From the IMG/VR virus record IMGVR_UViG_3300032040_000027, positions 1 through 38,630 of that record: 38,630 bases of DNA; one strand, written 5' to 3'. This stretch comes from a virus. Its lineage: Duplodnaviria; Caudoviricetes. Shown one piece after another: positions 8,519-17,596 of this stretch. How positions within the stretch are numbered: position 1 is the stretch's first letter; every line of letters starts with the position of its first letter. The notes under the pieces are model-generated. The model did not search any database, was not told the origin of the DNA, and worked only from the letters and a program-made list of their open reading frames with translations. Both the position numbers and the translations under genes were made by a program.

Positions 8519-8910
8519 GACGACACCGCCCGCGAGCCCATGAACTTGCGAATGAGTCGACGCTGCTCGTGGCCGCTCAACCTCACCAACGGGTCCAGCA
8601 CCGAAACCACACGCGCAGCAGCCACCCCGTACGACTCCACAGGGTCAGGCGACGGTGTCAGCTCTCCGAGTGGTTCAACCCGGTAGACCGCTCCGAGTGG
8701 GTAACCAGCGGCGTACACCTTCGCGTAGTCCCGCACCGTCGTGACGTACACCACTGTCGGGTCGAGGTTGTCCTCAGGCAGCGGGGCGCCGACTCGACGC
8801 GCCTCGCATGTTGGGCAACCATCGACCAGATGAGCTGTCCCAGATTGCGGGGTGATGATGTCGCCGGGCTTCATCCCTGGCGCGCCACCGTGAAACATGC
8901 CACCCATCAC
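8515..8910 (-). CDS. Arr-like ADP-ribosyltransferase-fold protein
   Basis: FHG..PGDII, VYVTT..YA..YA, G.VYRVEPLG.L.PSPD..SY..RVV follow the motif order of the rifampin ADP-ribosyltransferase (Arr) family. Confidence 0.65.
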   Translation of the reverse strand: MMGGMFHGGAPGMKPGDIITPQSGTAHLVDGCPTCEARRVGAPLPEDNLDPTVVYVTTVRDYAKVYAAGYPLGAVYRVEPLGELTPSPDPVESYGVAAARVVSVLDPLVRLSGHEQRRLIRKFMGSRAVSS

Positions 8911-9671
8911 GCCACCGCCCCAATGTCGAGGTCGAAGTACGCCTGCTGCACCTCAGCCGGAGTCCGGCGACACGTCGTCGCGATATACGCGTCCACGTTG
9001 TTGACGACCCGTTTCGCTTTCGACACGATTGCCTCGGCCAGGAGCACCGCACCAAGCGACGACACCGGCTCACCAGTAGTGACCGCGAGCGCATCACAAA
9101 CCGCAGCAAGATTGCCTATCCCTGCCCGCCTCGCACGTTGCTGGACGACATCATTTACTGCGTCAAGTCCAGAATTTGACCCATCACTTACTTGACTTGA
9201 CTGGGTTAAGTTAGTTACGTCAGTCTCTACTTCTGACTCTGACTCTGACTCTGCTTTCGTTGAGGTTCGCTCCCGGTTATTTCCACGAACCGGCTTGGTA
9301 TCCGAGTCGGTTATGTTGAGGTTCGTCTTCGGTCGCCCGCCCTTCGCCCCGTTCGTCCGGTTGCGCTCAAGGCGTGCAGCGATCGACGCGCGCGTCTCCT
9401 GGTGCTCGGCGTAGTTGTGGATGACATATTCGCCGTCGATGATCGCGAGCGACGGCCGCTCCGGGTGGTTGTTGAGCAGTTCCTTCAACGACTTCGCACG
9501 CCACTCCGCAGTCGCCACTGCTACGGGAATGCACCCGTCGAGGTCGTGGCGGCGTGAGTATGCGTTCATGTCGAGGAACGTGATGATCGCGTTGTCGGAC
9601 AGTATCTTGATCTTCGGGTGGTCGAGGAAGTCGACGGGGAGCGACATCCATGGCCGTTTGTCGGTTGGCAT
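8907..9671 (-). CDS. Replication initiator (RepA-like)
   Basis: N-terminal PVDFLDHPKI..LSD, IHNYAEHQ, NGAKGGRP; low-complexity central linker; C-terminal helical domain. Confidence 0.75.
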   Translation of the reverse strand: MPTDKRPWMSLPVDFLDHPKIKILSDNAIITFLDMNAYSRRHDLDGCIPVAVATAEWRAKSLKELLNNHPERPSLAIIDGEYVIHNYAEHQETRASIAARLERNRTNGAKGGRPKTNLNITDSDTKPVRGNNRERTSTKAESESESEVETDVTNLTQSSQVSDGSNSGLDAVNDVVQQRARRAGIGNLAAVCDALAVTTGEPVSSLGAVLLAEAIVSKAKRVVNNVDAYIATTCRRTPAEVQQAYFDLDIGAVA

Positions 9672-10090
9672 TACCTCATCACTCCTTCTCTAATTGCGCC
9701 GATCAGTACCAAATATTCGATAGCTGTCAGAGGGTTGATTTGTTCCTTGTTGCCGGCGTCATCGAATCGCCACCACGTGGCATCGACACGGCGAAATATG
9801 GGCACGAGTAGGGGGTCGAAGCCTGAACGAATCGACCAACCGAGGGACTCTCCGATGTACCCGGAGTGGGCTGTGCCGTGGCAGCCGTCGATGTTTCCGC
9901 CGACAGCACCAACACACACATGCAGCCCGTTTGCTGGATTCCCAAATCCCAACCTCGACTTGAAGAGCCGGTGGTGAATTTGGGCAGCAGGTGCCACCCC
10001 GCATCCTTCACAAACACCACCGGAACGGGCAACGATCAGACGTCGCGCAACGGGGGAGAACTCACGCGGCCACCGGTTCAGGGTTCTCAT
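9671..10090 (-). CDS. HNH endonuclease-like protein
   Basis: CEGCG..QIHHR..ANGLHVC..GCHGTAH. Confidence 0.8.
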   Translation of the reverse strand: MRTLNRWPREFSPVARRLIVARSGGVCEGCGVAPAAQIHHRLFKSRLGFGNPANGLHVCVGAVGGNIDGCHGTAHSGYIGESLGWSIRSGFDPLLVPIFRRVDATWWRFDDAGNKEQINPLTAIEYLVLIGAIREGVMR

Positions 10091-11931
10091 GCTGCACGCT
10101 CCACGTCTATCCCGTTGAGGGCTTCAGCAACAGCCATACCCAAATCGCGAGCTGCTGGCGGAGTGACCGCATTCCCAGCCTGTTTGACCTGCTCCCGCTT
10201 CGTACCGCCCAAGTAGTAGTCGTGCGCGAACGCCATACCGACCTTGATCTCGTTCGGGGTGAGCATCCGAAAGAGGACGTCGTCAACGTCAAGGCTGATC
10301 TCCGACTCCACCAACCCGTACCGGTCTGTGGTGGTGAGGGTGCCGTGTGGGTCGCTGGTCGGCTTCCCGGCCTCGGACGCACCGTAGTAAGGGACGAGCA
10401 GCGACTGGTGACCGCCGGTCGTGAGCGTGCGCAGCTCCTCGGTGACAGGTGTACTCATCTCCGCGCCGCCCGTGTTGTTCCGCATCACGAGCGCATGATG
10501 GTTGCCTCCCGCCGATACCGTGTCGATCGGGTGCGTCGCAGGCTTCGTCACACCGTTGTTACGGAGCGGAACGATCAATGCCTGGCCCGCACCATCCGCG
10601 ACCACAGTCGTCAGAGGTTCGCGTGCCGGGTCGAGAGTGCGCTCACGCTGACGGAACTGCGCAAGGAACGGCGGAAACGCGATCGCCGTTTCATTGCGGG
10701 TCGACTGGGTACGTGCCGGGTCGCTCGCGAGGGAAGCCGACTTTCCCTCCCTGCCCTCAACAGGGATCATGAGAGGCGAGTAAGCAATACCCTTCGTCTG
10801 TGCCGTTGTCTGCGTGTGCATCGGATCGGACGAATGCTGCACCGTACCCTCACCGCGGATCCCATCCGTGATGAGCGGGTGCACCGCCACCCCGTACTCG
10901 GCAGTCGTGTTCTGCGTGCGAAGCACCTCATCGGTCGGCCAAGCGCGGATGTAGTTACCGGGCTTCCCGTTCACCGAGTCATATGTGTTCCCTGCAGCGG
11001 CGAGCACGATCGGCTTCCAGTACCGCTCAATGCCCTTCTCAATCCGTGCACGAGTCTTGTCAGCGAGAGGCTTCTTCTTATCCCCAATACGCTCACCCGC
11101 AATAGACCAATCAATCGCCGATGCTGCGGGCAACCATGCGGGTTCGATGATCTGGTTACGGCACTCCACCCGAGGGCAACGGTAAACATATTGAGCTCTG
11201 TACCTGCCCCAACGTTCCTCTTTCTTGAACGCCTGCACCGCGGACACCATGCCGTGCATTTCGCAAAACGCCTGCGGGCGGGTCCACTTGCCGATGTTCG
11301 GCTTCCGCTCACCCTTACGCCAGAACACGATGTACATGCGGTCACGAGACTGCGGAGCCGGAAGACCAGCACCCTGCGCATGCATCGAGTTGAGCCACAC
11401 AAGCTCGTGCTCGTACCCGAGGAGCTCCATCGTCATCAGCCACGCAGGGAACGGAACCCACCGGTACGCATCAACGACGTTCTCAATGATGATGGCCCGA
11501 TACTGGTGGTGCTCAGCAAAGCGGGGCACGTCATACATAGTCGCGCGGGAACGGTTAGCGGCCTCGTCGGGCAGCGGCGCAGTGCCGTCCATCTCGAAGA
11601 GAGCCTCGTTGACGGCGCGCTGCCGCTTCACACCCTTCGCCACGGAATGGTTCGTGCACTCCGGCGACGCCCACAGGATATCGGTGCGCTGGAAGTAGCC
11701 CGGGTTCACCTGCGAGATGTCCGCGCTCGAGTGATCTGTTTCGGGGTGGTTGATCTGGTGGGAGTCGATCGCTTGCTGCCAGTGGTTCGCAGCGGTGACG
11801 ACTTTGAATCCTGCGTCAACCAGTCCCGAGGATGAGCCGCCAGCTCCGCAGAAAAGATCTGTAACGGTGAGGCCGTTCCATGGCACCGTCGGCTGCTTGT
11901 AGCCAATCGGAGCGAGTGTTGCTGTAGTCAT
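10087..11931 (-). CDS. DNA (cytosine-5) methyltransferase
   Basis: Motif I DLFCGAGG, catalytic SPEC, ENV, QSRDR, motif X QAGNAV. Confidence 0.95.
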   Translation of the reverse strand: MTTATLAPIGYKQPTVPWNGLTVTDLFCGAGGSSSGLVDAGFKVVTAANHWQQAIDSHQINHPETDHSSADISQVNPGYFQRTDILWASPECTNHSVAKGVKRQRAVNEALFEMDGTAPLPDEAANRSRATMYDVPRFAEHHQYRAIIIENVVDAYRWVPFPAWLMTMELLGYEHELVWLNSMHAQGAGLPAPQSRDRMYIVFWRKGERKPNIGKWTRPQAFCEMHGMVSAVQAFKKEERWGRYRAQYVYRCPRVECRNQIIEPAWLPAASAIDWSIAGERIGDKKKPLADKTRARIEKGIERYWKPIVLAAAGNTYDSVNGKPGNYIRAWPTDEVLRTQNTTAEYGVAVHPLITDGIRGEGTVQHSSDPMHTQTTAQTKGIAYSPLMIPVEGREGKSASLASDPARTQSTRNETAIAFPPFLAQFRQRERTLDPAREPLTTVVADGAGQALIVPLRNNGVTKPATHPIDTVSAGGNHHALVMRNNTGGAEMSTPVTEELRTLTTGGHQSLLVPYYGASEAGKPTSDPHGTLTTTDRYGLVESEISLDVDDVLFRMLTPNEIKVGMAFAHDYYLGGTKREQVKQAGNAVTPPAARDLGMAVAEALNGIDVERAA

Positions 11932-14681
11932 GACGCCACCGCCTCATTGTCGAGCAGGTCGAACAGCGTCGGTACGGACGCGCGCGCATCATGGCGTCGT
12001 AAGTACACGAGCGAGTCAGCGACGGATGCCGGGTTCAACTCCGACGAGTACGCCCGACGCCCAGCCTGCACCGCGCACAGCGCAGTCGAGCCGATCCCAC
12101 CGAACGGGTCATAAACCAGATCACCCGGATTCGAATATATATTGATGAGACGGCGCGGAATATCCAACGGGAACGGGCAGATGTGGTTCTCAACATTCCG
12201 CTTCTTCTGCTCCGAATTGAGCGTTTCGATGCGAAGAATGTCGGTCCACACGTCGGGGTGCCAGGATCCGGGGACGAGTGCCGCGAACGTGCCGGGGAGG
12301 GCGTTGCGCGCGGCAAGAGTCGTCGCAAGCTCCACATGCGCGTCGTAGTCGTAAACGCTGCCCATTGACTGCTTCGTGAAGATACGCTGCCGAGTCTCCG
12401 GGTCGAGGGCCGCGAGCTCGTCAACCGGCAGGTAACGGTCACCCGACACACGCCAGTCGGCGGCGGCGTCGATCTGCCACTGCCCGACCGAGTAAGCCGC
12501 GCGGTCCTTCACGATCCGCTCGTCAGTCCACCCGACTGTGCGATCCGTCTGCGGCTTTCCAAACAGCAGCACATACTCGGGCGAGCCAACACCGATAGGC
12601 CCATGGTCCTTGAGCATCTTCGTGTACGAGAGGCGGTAAGTCTGATTGTTCTCCCGCACAACATCCGTCGTGACGGTGATCATTCCGTAATAGTCGAAGC
12701 CGTGGCCGGTGTAGTGGGCGATCGCTTCGGCATGCAGCGGAGAAACGGTGTAGCGGCCCTTGCCGGTGACGGATCCGAACAGCATCCGGTCCTTCACATG
12801 CACGGCCATGATGCGGCCCGGTTGCAACACGTTGAACAGTGACGGCGTGAGGTAGTCGTTTTGCCACCAAAAGTGATCGTTGTCGTCGGTGTGGCCGAAG
12901 TCGGCATAGTTCGGCGAGTACTCGTAGTGGTTGCCGAACGGGATCGACGTGACGATCAGTCCAACGGAGTTCTCTTCCATGTGGTCGCGGGCCTCAACAG
13001 TGGAATCGTTCAGAGCGACAGTCCACGCGTCACCGGTGAATGCTTCCCGCTCAACACCCATTGCCCGGGTCAGTTCGGTACTGATCGACGTCGGGTTCAA
13101 GCCGTGCTCACGCAGGATGTTCGACATGGTGTCGGTGAGTTCGTCGTGCTCGCGCCACTTCTGCTCCAACGTCGACCGCACTTCAGACTCCGACTCGGCG
13201 AAGATCAGGACAACCCGGCACGCTCGCTTCTGGCCGAAGCGGTGGATGCGGTGCACTGCCTGCACGGTCTGCTCGAACTTGTGAGTCACCCCAACGAAGA
13301 TCGACAGGGCTGCCTGCTGCAAGTTCAGCCCCTTGCCGAGCTGCACAGGCTTGCCGACGAGCGCCGTCGTCTTGCGATCACGCCACTCATCAAGGCGACG
13401 CTCGTGCTCGTCATCGCTAAGACCACCGTGCACAGACGAGAAGCTCACGCCGACGGCCGTTAACTCCTGCTCAATGAGCTCCTGTTCATCGTTGAGGTCG
13501 CACCAGAGGATGATCTGCTCGGTGGTCATTTGGGCATCGATGTGCCGCTGCAGCGCCGCTTGCGCTGCGGTGTGGTCGCCGGCGGCTACCTGTAACCCGC
13601 ACGCGCAAGTGGCAGTGCGGGGCATCACGGTCATGTCCACCAGCGAGAGGTGATGCGCGAGCCCGTCGATGGAGGAACGCTGCTTCGCGTGCTCGGTGAC
13701 GAGGGCCATCATGCGGGCGACGCGCGCCGTCAACGTGTTCCGCTTCTCCCGTGCGGCACCGACGAGGGACATTGCACCACCGCGCACAAGAACAGCCTGG
13801 CCATCACGCTCGACCTGATCCGACATCATGTCGATGGCTACTTCCTCCCACTCCACAAGCAGCGGCGGCAGGTCGTAACCTTCGTCGGAGAATCCGAGGT
13901 CAGAAGGTCGCTGCAGGAAACACGCCCACGTGTTCAGCCACAGCCAGAACTCCCGCTCCTTATGCGGGTAGAGCTTGAGGTTCCCGGCCTTCGAAGAGTC
14001 ACGGTGGAAGAACCGTGTGAGGGCGGCACCGGTATCCATGATGCCGAGAAACCCGGCGTAGTGAATTAGTTCCTTGTGCCGGTTCGGTGAAGGGGTTGCC
14101 GTCGCCACGAACCGGAACGGCACCGAATCGAACAATTGCAGGAACTCCTGATACGTCTTCGACCCGAACGAGCGCAGCACGGCAGCCTCATCGAGAGACA
14201 CAGCATCGAACTGGTCGACATCGAGTCGGCCATCGCGCACGGACTCGTAGTTGGTGACGTAAATCCCTGACCAGTCGGCATCGATCTCCTCGGTGCGCCG
14301 GATGAACCGCACCTCGAGGCCGAGGTGGTTGCGGCCGTCGCGGATGATGTCCCCGCGGACACCGAGCGGCGCCACGATCAGCGCGCGGCTGAGGGCCACC
14401 GGAGAGTTCGGGTGCGTCAGGATCAGCCGGAGGATCTCGAGCTGCATGATCGACTTGCCGAGGCCATAGCGGGCGAAGATCGCACGGCGACCACCAGCGA
14501 CAGCCCACTTCACAACCGCTGCCTGATGAGGCTGGAAGTTGGGGTGGCCTTCACGCATGATGGGCGACAGGTCATCGTCTGCGACTTCGAACCCGAAACG
14601 GCGGTCGAATGCGACCTTGTCCCTCAGGAACTCGTCGTAGCTGAGGTGACCGGTGTTGCCGGTCGAAAGAGTCAAAGTCAT
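11928..14681 (-). CDS. SNF2-like helicase fused to N4/N6 DNA methyltransferase
   Basis: GLGKS, LDEA, ATATP, GLNLQ, QAVHRIHRFGQ; C-terminal TSIPF catalytic motif and DPFGGIGST SAM-binding motif. Confidence 0.9.
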   Translation of the reverse strand: MTLTLSTGNTGHLSYDEFLRDKVAFDRRFGFEVADDDLSPIMREGHPNFQPHQAAVVKWAVAGGRRAIFARYGLGKSIMQLEILRLILTHPNSPVALSRALIVAPLGVRGDIIRDGRNHLGLEVRFIRRTEEIDADWSGIYVTNYESVRDGRLDVDQFDAVSLDEAAVLRSFGSKTYQEFLQLFDSVPFRFVATATPSPNRHKELIHYAGFLGIMDTGAALTRFFHRDSSKAGNLKLYPHKEREFWLWLNTWACFLQRPSDLGFSDEGYDLPPLLVEWEEVAIDMMSDQVERDGQAVLVRGGAMSLVGAAREKRNTLTARVARMMALVTEHAKQRSSIDGLAHHLSLVDMTVMPRTATCACGLQVAAGDHTAAQAALQRHIDAQMTTEQIILWCDLNDEQELIEQELTAVGVSFSSVHGGLSDDEHERRLDEWRDRKTTALVGKPVQLGKGLNLQQAALSIFVGVTHKFEQTVQAVHRIHRFGQKRACRVVLIFAESESEVRSTLEQKWREHDELTDTMSNILREHGLNPTSISTELTRAMGVEREAFTGDAWTVALNDSTVEARDHMEENSVGLIVTSIPFGNHYEYSPNYADFGHTDDNDHFWWQNDYLTPSLFNVLQPGRIMAVHVKDRMLFGSVTGKGRYTVSPLHAEAIAHYTGHGFDYYGMITVTTDVVRENNQTYRLSYTKMLKDHGPIGVGSPEYVLLFGKPQTDRTVGWTDERIVKDRAAYSVGQWQIDAAADWRVSGDRYLPVDELAALDPETRQRIFTKQSMGSVYDYDAHVELATTLAARNALPGTFAALVPGSWHPDVWTDILRIETLNSEQKKRNVENHICPFPLDIPRRLINIYSNPGDLVYDPFGGIGSTALCAVQAGRRAYSSELNPASVADSLVYLRRHDARASVPTLFDLLDNEAVAS

Positions 14682-15106
14682 TTGTTCTGCTCCTGCTTTT
14701 GGCGGGCAACAATGTCGTCGCCGAGATCAGTGATTGTGATGGTGAAGTGCGGTTCGGCGCCTGCCTGAAACCGGATCGTCGCGGACGGTTTCTGCATGTG
14801 CGCAGGGTCATCGTCGTCAACAATTCGGGCGGAAGTGCCACGGTTCGAACCGATACCGTCGTAAATTGCCTTCAGCAGTGGGGCGAGATTGTCGGTATCA
14901 CGGTTTCGGCGATCAGCGACAACCCACACAACGTCGACACGGACATTGTCCAGACCTGGGACTTTGGCGGCGCGGGTGCGCAGCATTATCTCCTCGCGGA
15001 TCATCTGCGTGTTCTGGTGCTTGACTCGCCAGTGGCAGCGGTCGTTCGCTGAGAGCCCTTTAGGTGGGCGGGGATAGTTGAGGTCGAAAGACCAAGCCGT
15101 GGTCAT
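14678..15106 (-). CDS. rusA: RusA-like Holliday junction resolvase
   Basis: LSANDRCHW, RDTDNLAPLLKAIYDG, VDDD. Confidence 0.85.
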   Translation of the reverse strand: MTTAWSFDLNYPRPPKGLSANDRCHWRVKHQNTQMIREEIMLRTRAAKVPGLDNVRVDVVWVVADRRNRDTDNLAPLLKAIYDGIGSNRGTSARIVDDDDPAHMQKPSATIRFQAGAEPHFTITITDLGDDIVARQKQEQNK

Positions 15107-15561
15107 CGTCTGCCCCCGTACCCGTTGTACGCAGCCTGCACACCCTTGTTCACGTTCAACATTCCGTACAGCTTTGATGTGAGTGCTTTCAGGGTGTCGT
15201 CGGCGTAATGCCATGCCGTTTTCGCGTTGTGCCATTCCTCGAGTTCCGGCATCGCTTCCACGTTGGCGAGCGCGCGAGCCCGAGTCACGGACATGCTTGC
15301 CGCGTGTGCTGCGAGGGACGTTTCCCGCCGACGCGAGTGGGCGCGCTCGGCGGCGTACCGAATCTCATTCAGTTCGAGCATCTTCGCGGGCATCTGCTCA
15401 ATGAGAGTGGTCAGCTCGGTGATGAGATATTCCATCTCGGCAGGGTTCGCCGGAACAAAATGGATGAGCTCACCACCACGAGTGAGAACATCAACCGTTG
15501 CGCCACCTTCTGCACCTGCAGGGGAAGTGACTGTGGGGGTGTCGTCGGTGAAGTGAGTCAT
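15103..15561 (-). CDS. Hypothetical helical protein in recombination module
   Basis: 152 aa, coupled overlaps. Confidence 0.75.
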   Translation of the reverse strand: MTHFTDDTPTVTSPAGAEGGATVDVLTRGGELIHFVPANPAEMEYLITELTTLIEQMPAKMLELNEIRYAAERAHSRRRETSLAAHAASMSVTRARALANVEAMPELEEWHNAKTAWHYADDTLKALTSKLYGMLNVNKGVQAAYNGYGGRR

Positions 15562-16460
15562 CGCCCGGCCTCGGCTTCTGCTGCGGCCTGCGCTTCGTAG
15601 TCGACGTCCGTTGGGGTCGTGGGTTCAGACTCGGCTTCTGGCGCCGGGGTTGCCTCTGGTGCGGCTTCCTCATGCGGAGCAGGTTCGTCCGTGGGTGCGT
15701 CCGTTTCTGCGGGCTGGGTTTCGGCGTTCAGCATCCCGTAGCGGGTGTAGGCCTGCGTTTGTACGGCGTCGGTGAACTCATTCAAAGCCTTCGCCCGTTC
15801 GGAGATCTCCTTGACGGCATCCTTCGTGTCGGCTTTCTTGATCAGCGCACCCCAGTCCTCGGACGGTTCGACAACAAACACTTCGCTGCTGTCATAGGTG
15901 CCAGCGTCGATGTCCTCAGCCGTGTACAGCCCAGAGAGTTCCATCGGGAACAGGCGACGGAACCCGTGAGTTTCAGCACGGATGCCGAGCATGTGCCCGG
16001 GGCGGGTCGTCCAGTTGCCGCCCTTACCTCCGAACTCGGCCATGGTGACGGTCTGCTCAAGCGGGCGACTGATGCCTTTCCGGTAGATGCGGATCCGTGC
16101 GGCGTGCGGTGCTTTCGGTGGGACGGTCGACCATGGGCCGTCTTCGGTGGCCTGCCACTCGATCGGGTCTTGCCCGTCGTATTGACCGGTTCTCTGTGCA
16201 ACCAGGCGCATGCCATCAACACCCACAAGCACAGTCCACTTGCCACCCATTTGTGCGGCGTAGATCTGCTTCGCAGTCGGGTCGAGGCCGGTGCGCTGAC
16301 ATGCCTGAATGAACGCAGCCATGATGCCGGACGGGGCGAAACGACGGTTTTGCCCTTCCATCCACGTGAGGCCGGCGAACTCCATGAGTGCGGCGGTGTC
16401 GGGGTTCCATGTTGCTGGGACGACGGAGCTGGGGAGCACCATCTCTGTGGTTGAACTCAT
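15558..16460 (-). CDS. recT: RecT/Bet-family single-strand annealing recombinase
   Basis: CQRTGLDPTAKQIY, GVDGMRLVAQRTG, LSGLYTAED. Confidence 0.9.
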   Translation of the reverse strand: MSSTTEMVLPSSVVPATWNPDTAALMEFAGLTWMEGQNRRFAPSGIMAAFIQACQRTGLDPTAKQIYAAQMGGKWTVLVGVDGMRLVAQRTGQYDGQDPIEWQATEDGPWSTVPPKAPHAARIRIYRKGISRPLEQTVTMAEFGGKGGNWTTRPGHMLGIRAETHGFRRLFPMELSGLYTAEDIDAGTYDSSEVFVVEPSEDWGALIKKADTKDAVKEISERAKALNEFTDAVQTQAYTRYGMLNAETQPAETDAPTDEPAPHEEAAPEATPAPEAESEPTTPTDVDYEAQAAAEAEAGR

Positions 16461-17065
16461 AGTGCGTTCATCTGCCTTTCGAATTCGCGCGCCCGGGTGA
16501 GGCGGTCGAGGAGGTCTGTTGCGAGGGGGAGAATCTTCGACGTGAGGTCGACGATCTTTGGGTGGTTGCGGGGGATGGTGAGATTCTTTGGTTCATCAGC
16601 GCGGGGAATCCACCCACCGGTAATCGGGTCAGTGACGAGCTCCTGCCAGATGAACTCGATCTCTTCAAACTCGGGGACGACAACGAACTGCCATGCGATC
16701 TGACGCCATTCGCCCAACGTGGGACCGGTCACGACCTTGTTGTGCTTGGCCTTGCACTCAGCCCCACGGGTAGCGTCTGCACCGTCTGGTGTGGCTGCGA
16801 ACCCGCGGTTGTCGGGGGCGTGGATGAGGGCAATGTTTGGGCTGATACCGGCCCAGGCGAGCATCATTGGCTCCCAGCGGTGGCCTTGTTCGGTGTAGGC
16901 GTTGCCGTTCCACTCCCTGCGGGTCAGCTTCTCTTTGAGTACTGATTCCACTGAGGACTCTTTGGCGAGTTTCGCCGCGTCGGACGCACCGACGCAGGGT
17001 TGCCGCGCGAGCTTCCACGCGTCCCGGTCGATGCCGTCGTGCAGGATGCGATCGAGGTGGCTCAT
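16457..17065 (-). CDS. YqaJ/lambda-exonuclease-like nuclease
   Basis: W..AR..VGASD, GHRWEP, ATPDG, ECK, QIAWQ. Confidence 0.85.
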   Translation of the reverse strand: MSHLDRILHDGIDRDAWKLARQPCVGASDAAKLAKESSVESVLKEKLTRREWNGNAYTEQGHRWEPMMLAWAGISPNIALIHAPDNRGFAATPDGADATRGAECKAKHNKVVTGPTLGEWRQIAWQFVVVPEFEEIEFIWQELVTDPITGGWIPRADEPKNLTIPRNHPKIVDLTSKILPLATDLLDRLTRAREFERQMNAL

Positions 17066-17226
17066 ACTGGCCTCACCTCGGTCTGAGCTTCGAGCGGGAT
17101 GGCCCCACTCTTCATGTAGTTCTCTGCGAGTGCTTTCGATGAGAATGTGGCAATCCATATCCACGGAACGGCATTGTTGGGGCGCGCGTAGACATCGTGC
17201 GCGTCGTGGAAGATTCCCTCAGGCAT
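17062..17226 (-). CDS. Small hypothetical protein (54 aa)
   Basis: Manual ORF MPEGIFHDAHDVYARPNNAVPWIWIATF..., TGATG and ATGA coupling. Confidence 0.6.
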   Translation of the reverse strand: MPEGIFHDAHDVYARPNNAVPWIWIATFSSKALAENYMKSGAIPLEAQTEVRPV

Positions 17227-17345
17227 CAGATACCACCTGTCCGTTGTTCGTTACGGCGGTCGTCGGCACTCGCGAGGATCCGCTCGGCGTAGCCCGGCGA
17301 TTTTGGGTCATTCAGGTCGTAGGCGTCGTACTCGTCGGCGTCCAT
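17226..17345 (-). CDS. Small acidic protein (39 aa)
   Basis: Manual ORF MDADEYDAYDLNDPKSPGYAERILASADDRRNEQRTGGI, TGATG coupling at both ends. Confidence 0.6.
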   Translation of the reverse strand: MDADEYDAYDLNDPKSPGYAERILASADDRRNEQRTGGI

Positions 17346-17596
17346 CAGATGTCCAACCCTTCGGCGGGGGTCTGGTCGCGGTCAGGCGCGATCGCTTCGA
17401 GGAGCGCGTACCGGTCCTCGAAGTAGCGGTAGAACGTCCCAATCGAACAGCCAGCAAGGAGTGCCACCTGTGCGGTCGTCAACCGGTCACGGCCAATAGC
17501 GGGGTTGTTGTACAGCTTGATAGCTGCCGTCTTGATCGCGTTCAGGCGAACCTGCGAACGCGTCTGCAGTGGCTTGTTGCGGATGACGGCGCTCAC
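17345..17596 (-). CDS. Stand-alone TetR-type HTH protein
   Basis: P.QTRSQ.R..AI..AA..L; TTAQVALLAGCSIGTFYRYFEDR. Confidence 0.8.
   Translation of the reverse strand: MSAVIRNKPLQTRSQVRLNAIKTAAIKLYNNPAIGRDRLTTAQVALLAGCSIGTFYRYFEDRYALLEAIAPDRDQTPAEGLDI

Noticed and set aside
8515-8910. Bona fide rifampin resistance gene arr
   Set aside because: Only fold-level motifs match, and the Arr-specific NxTDKKFPGNPTRSYR segment is absent, so no gene symbol was assigned
9991-11835. 614-aa plus-strand ORF
   Set aside because: Antisense shadow of the C5 methylase; Arg-rich with no motifs, a typical high-GC artefact. The same applies to 37261-38400, 25971-26918 and 31285-32208.
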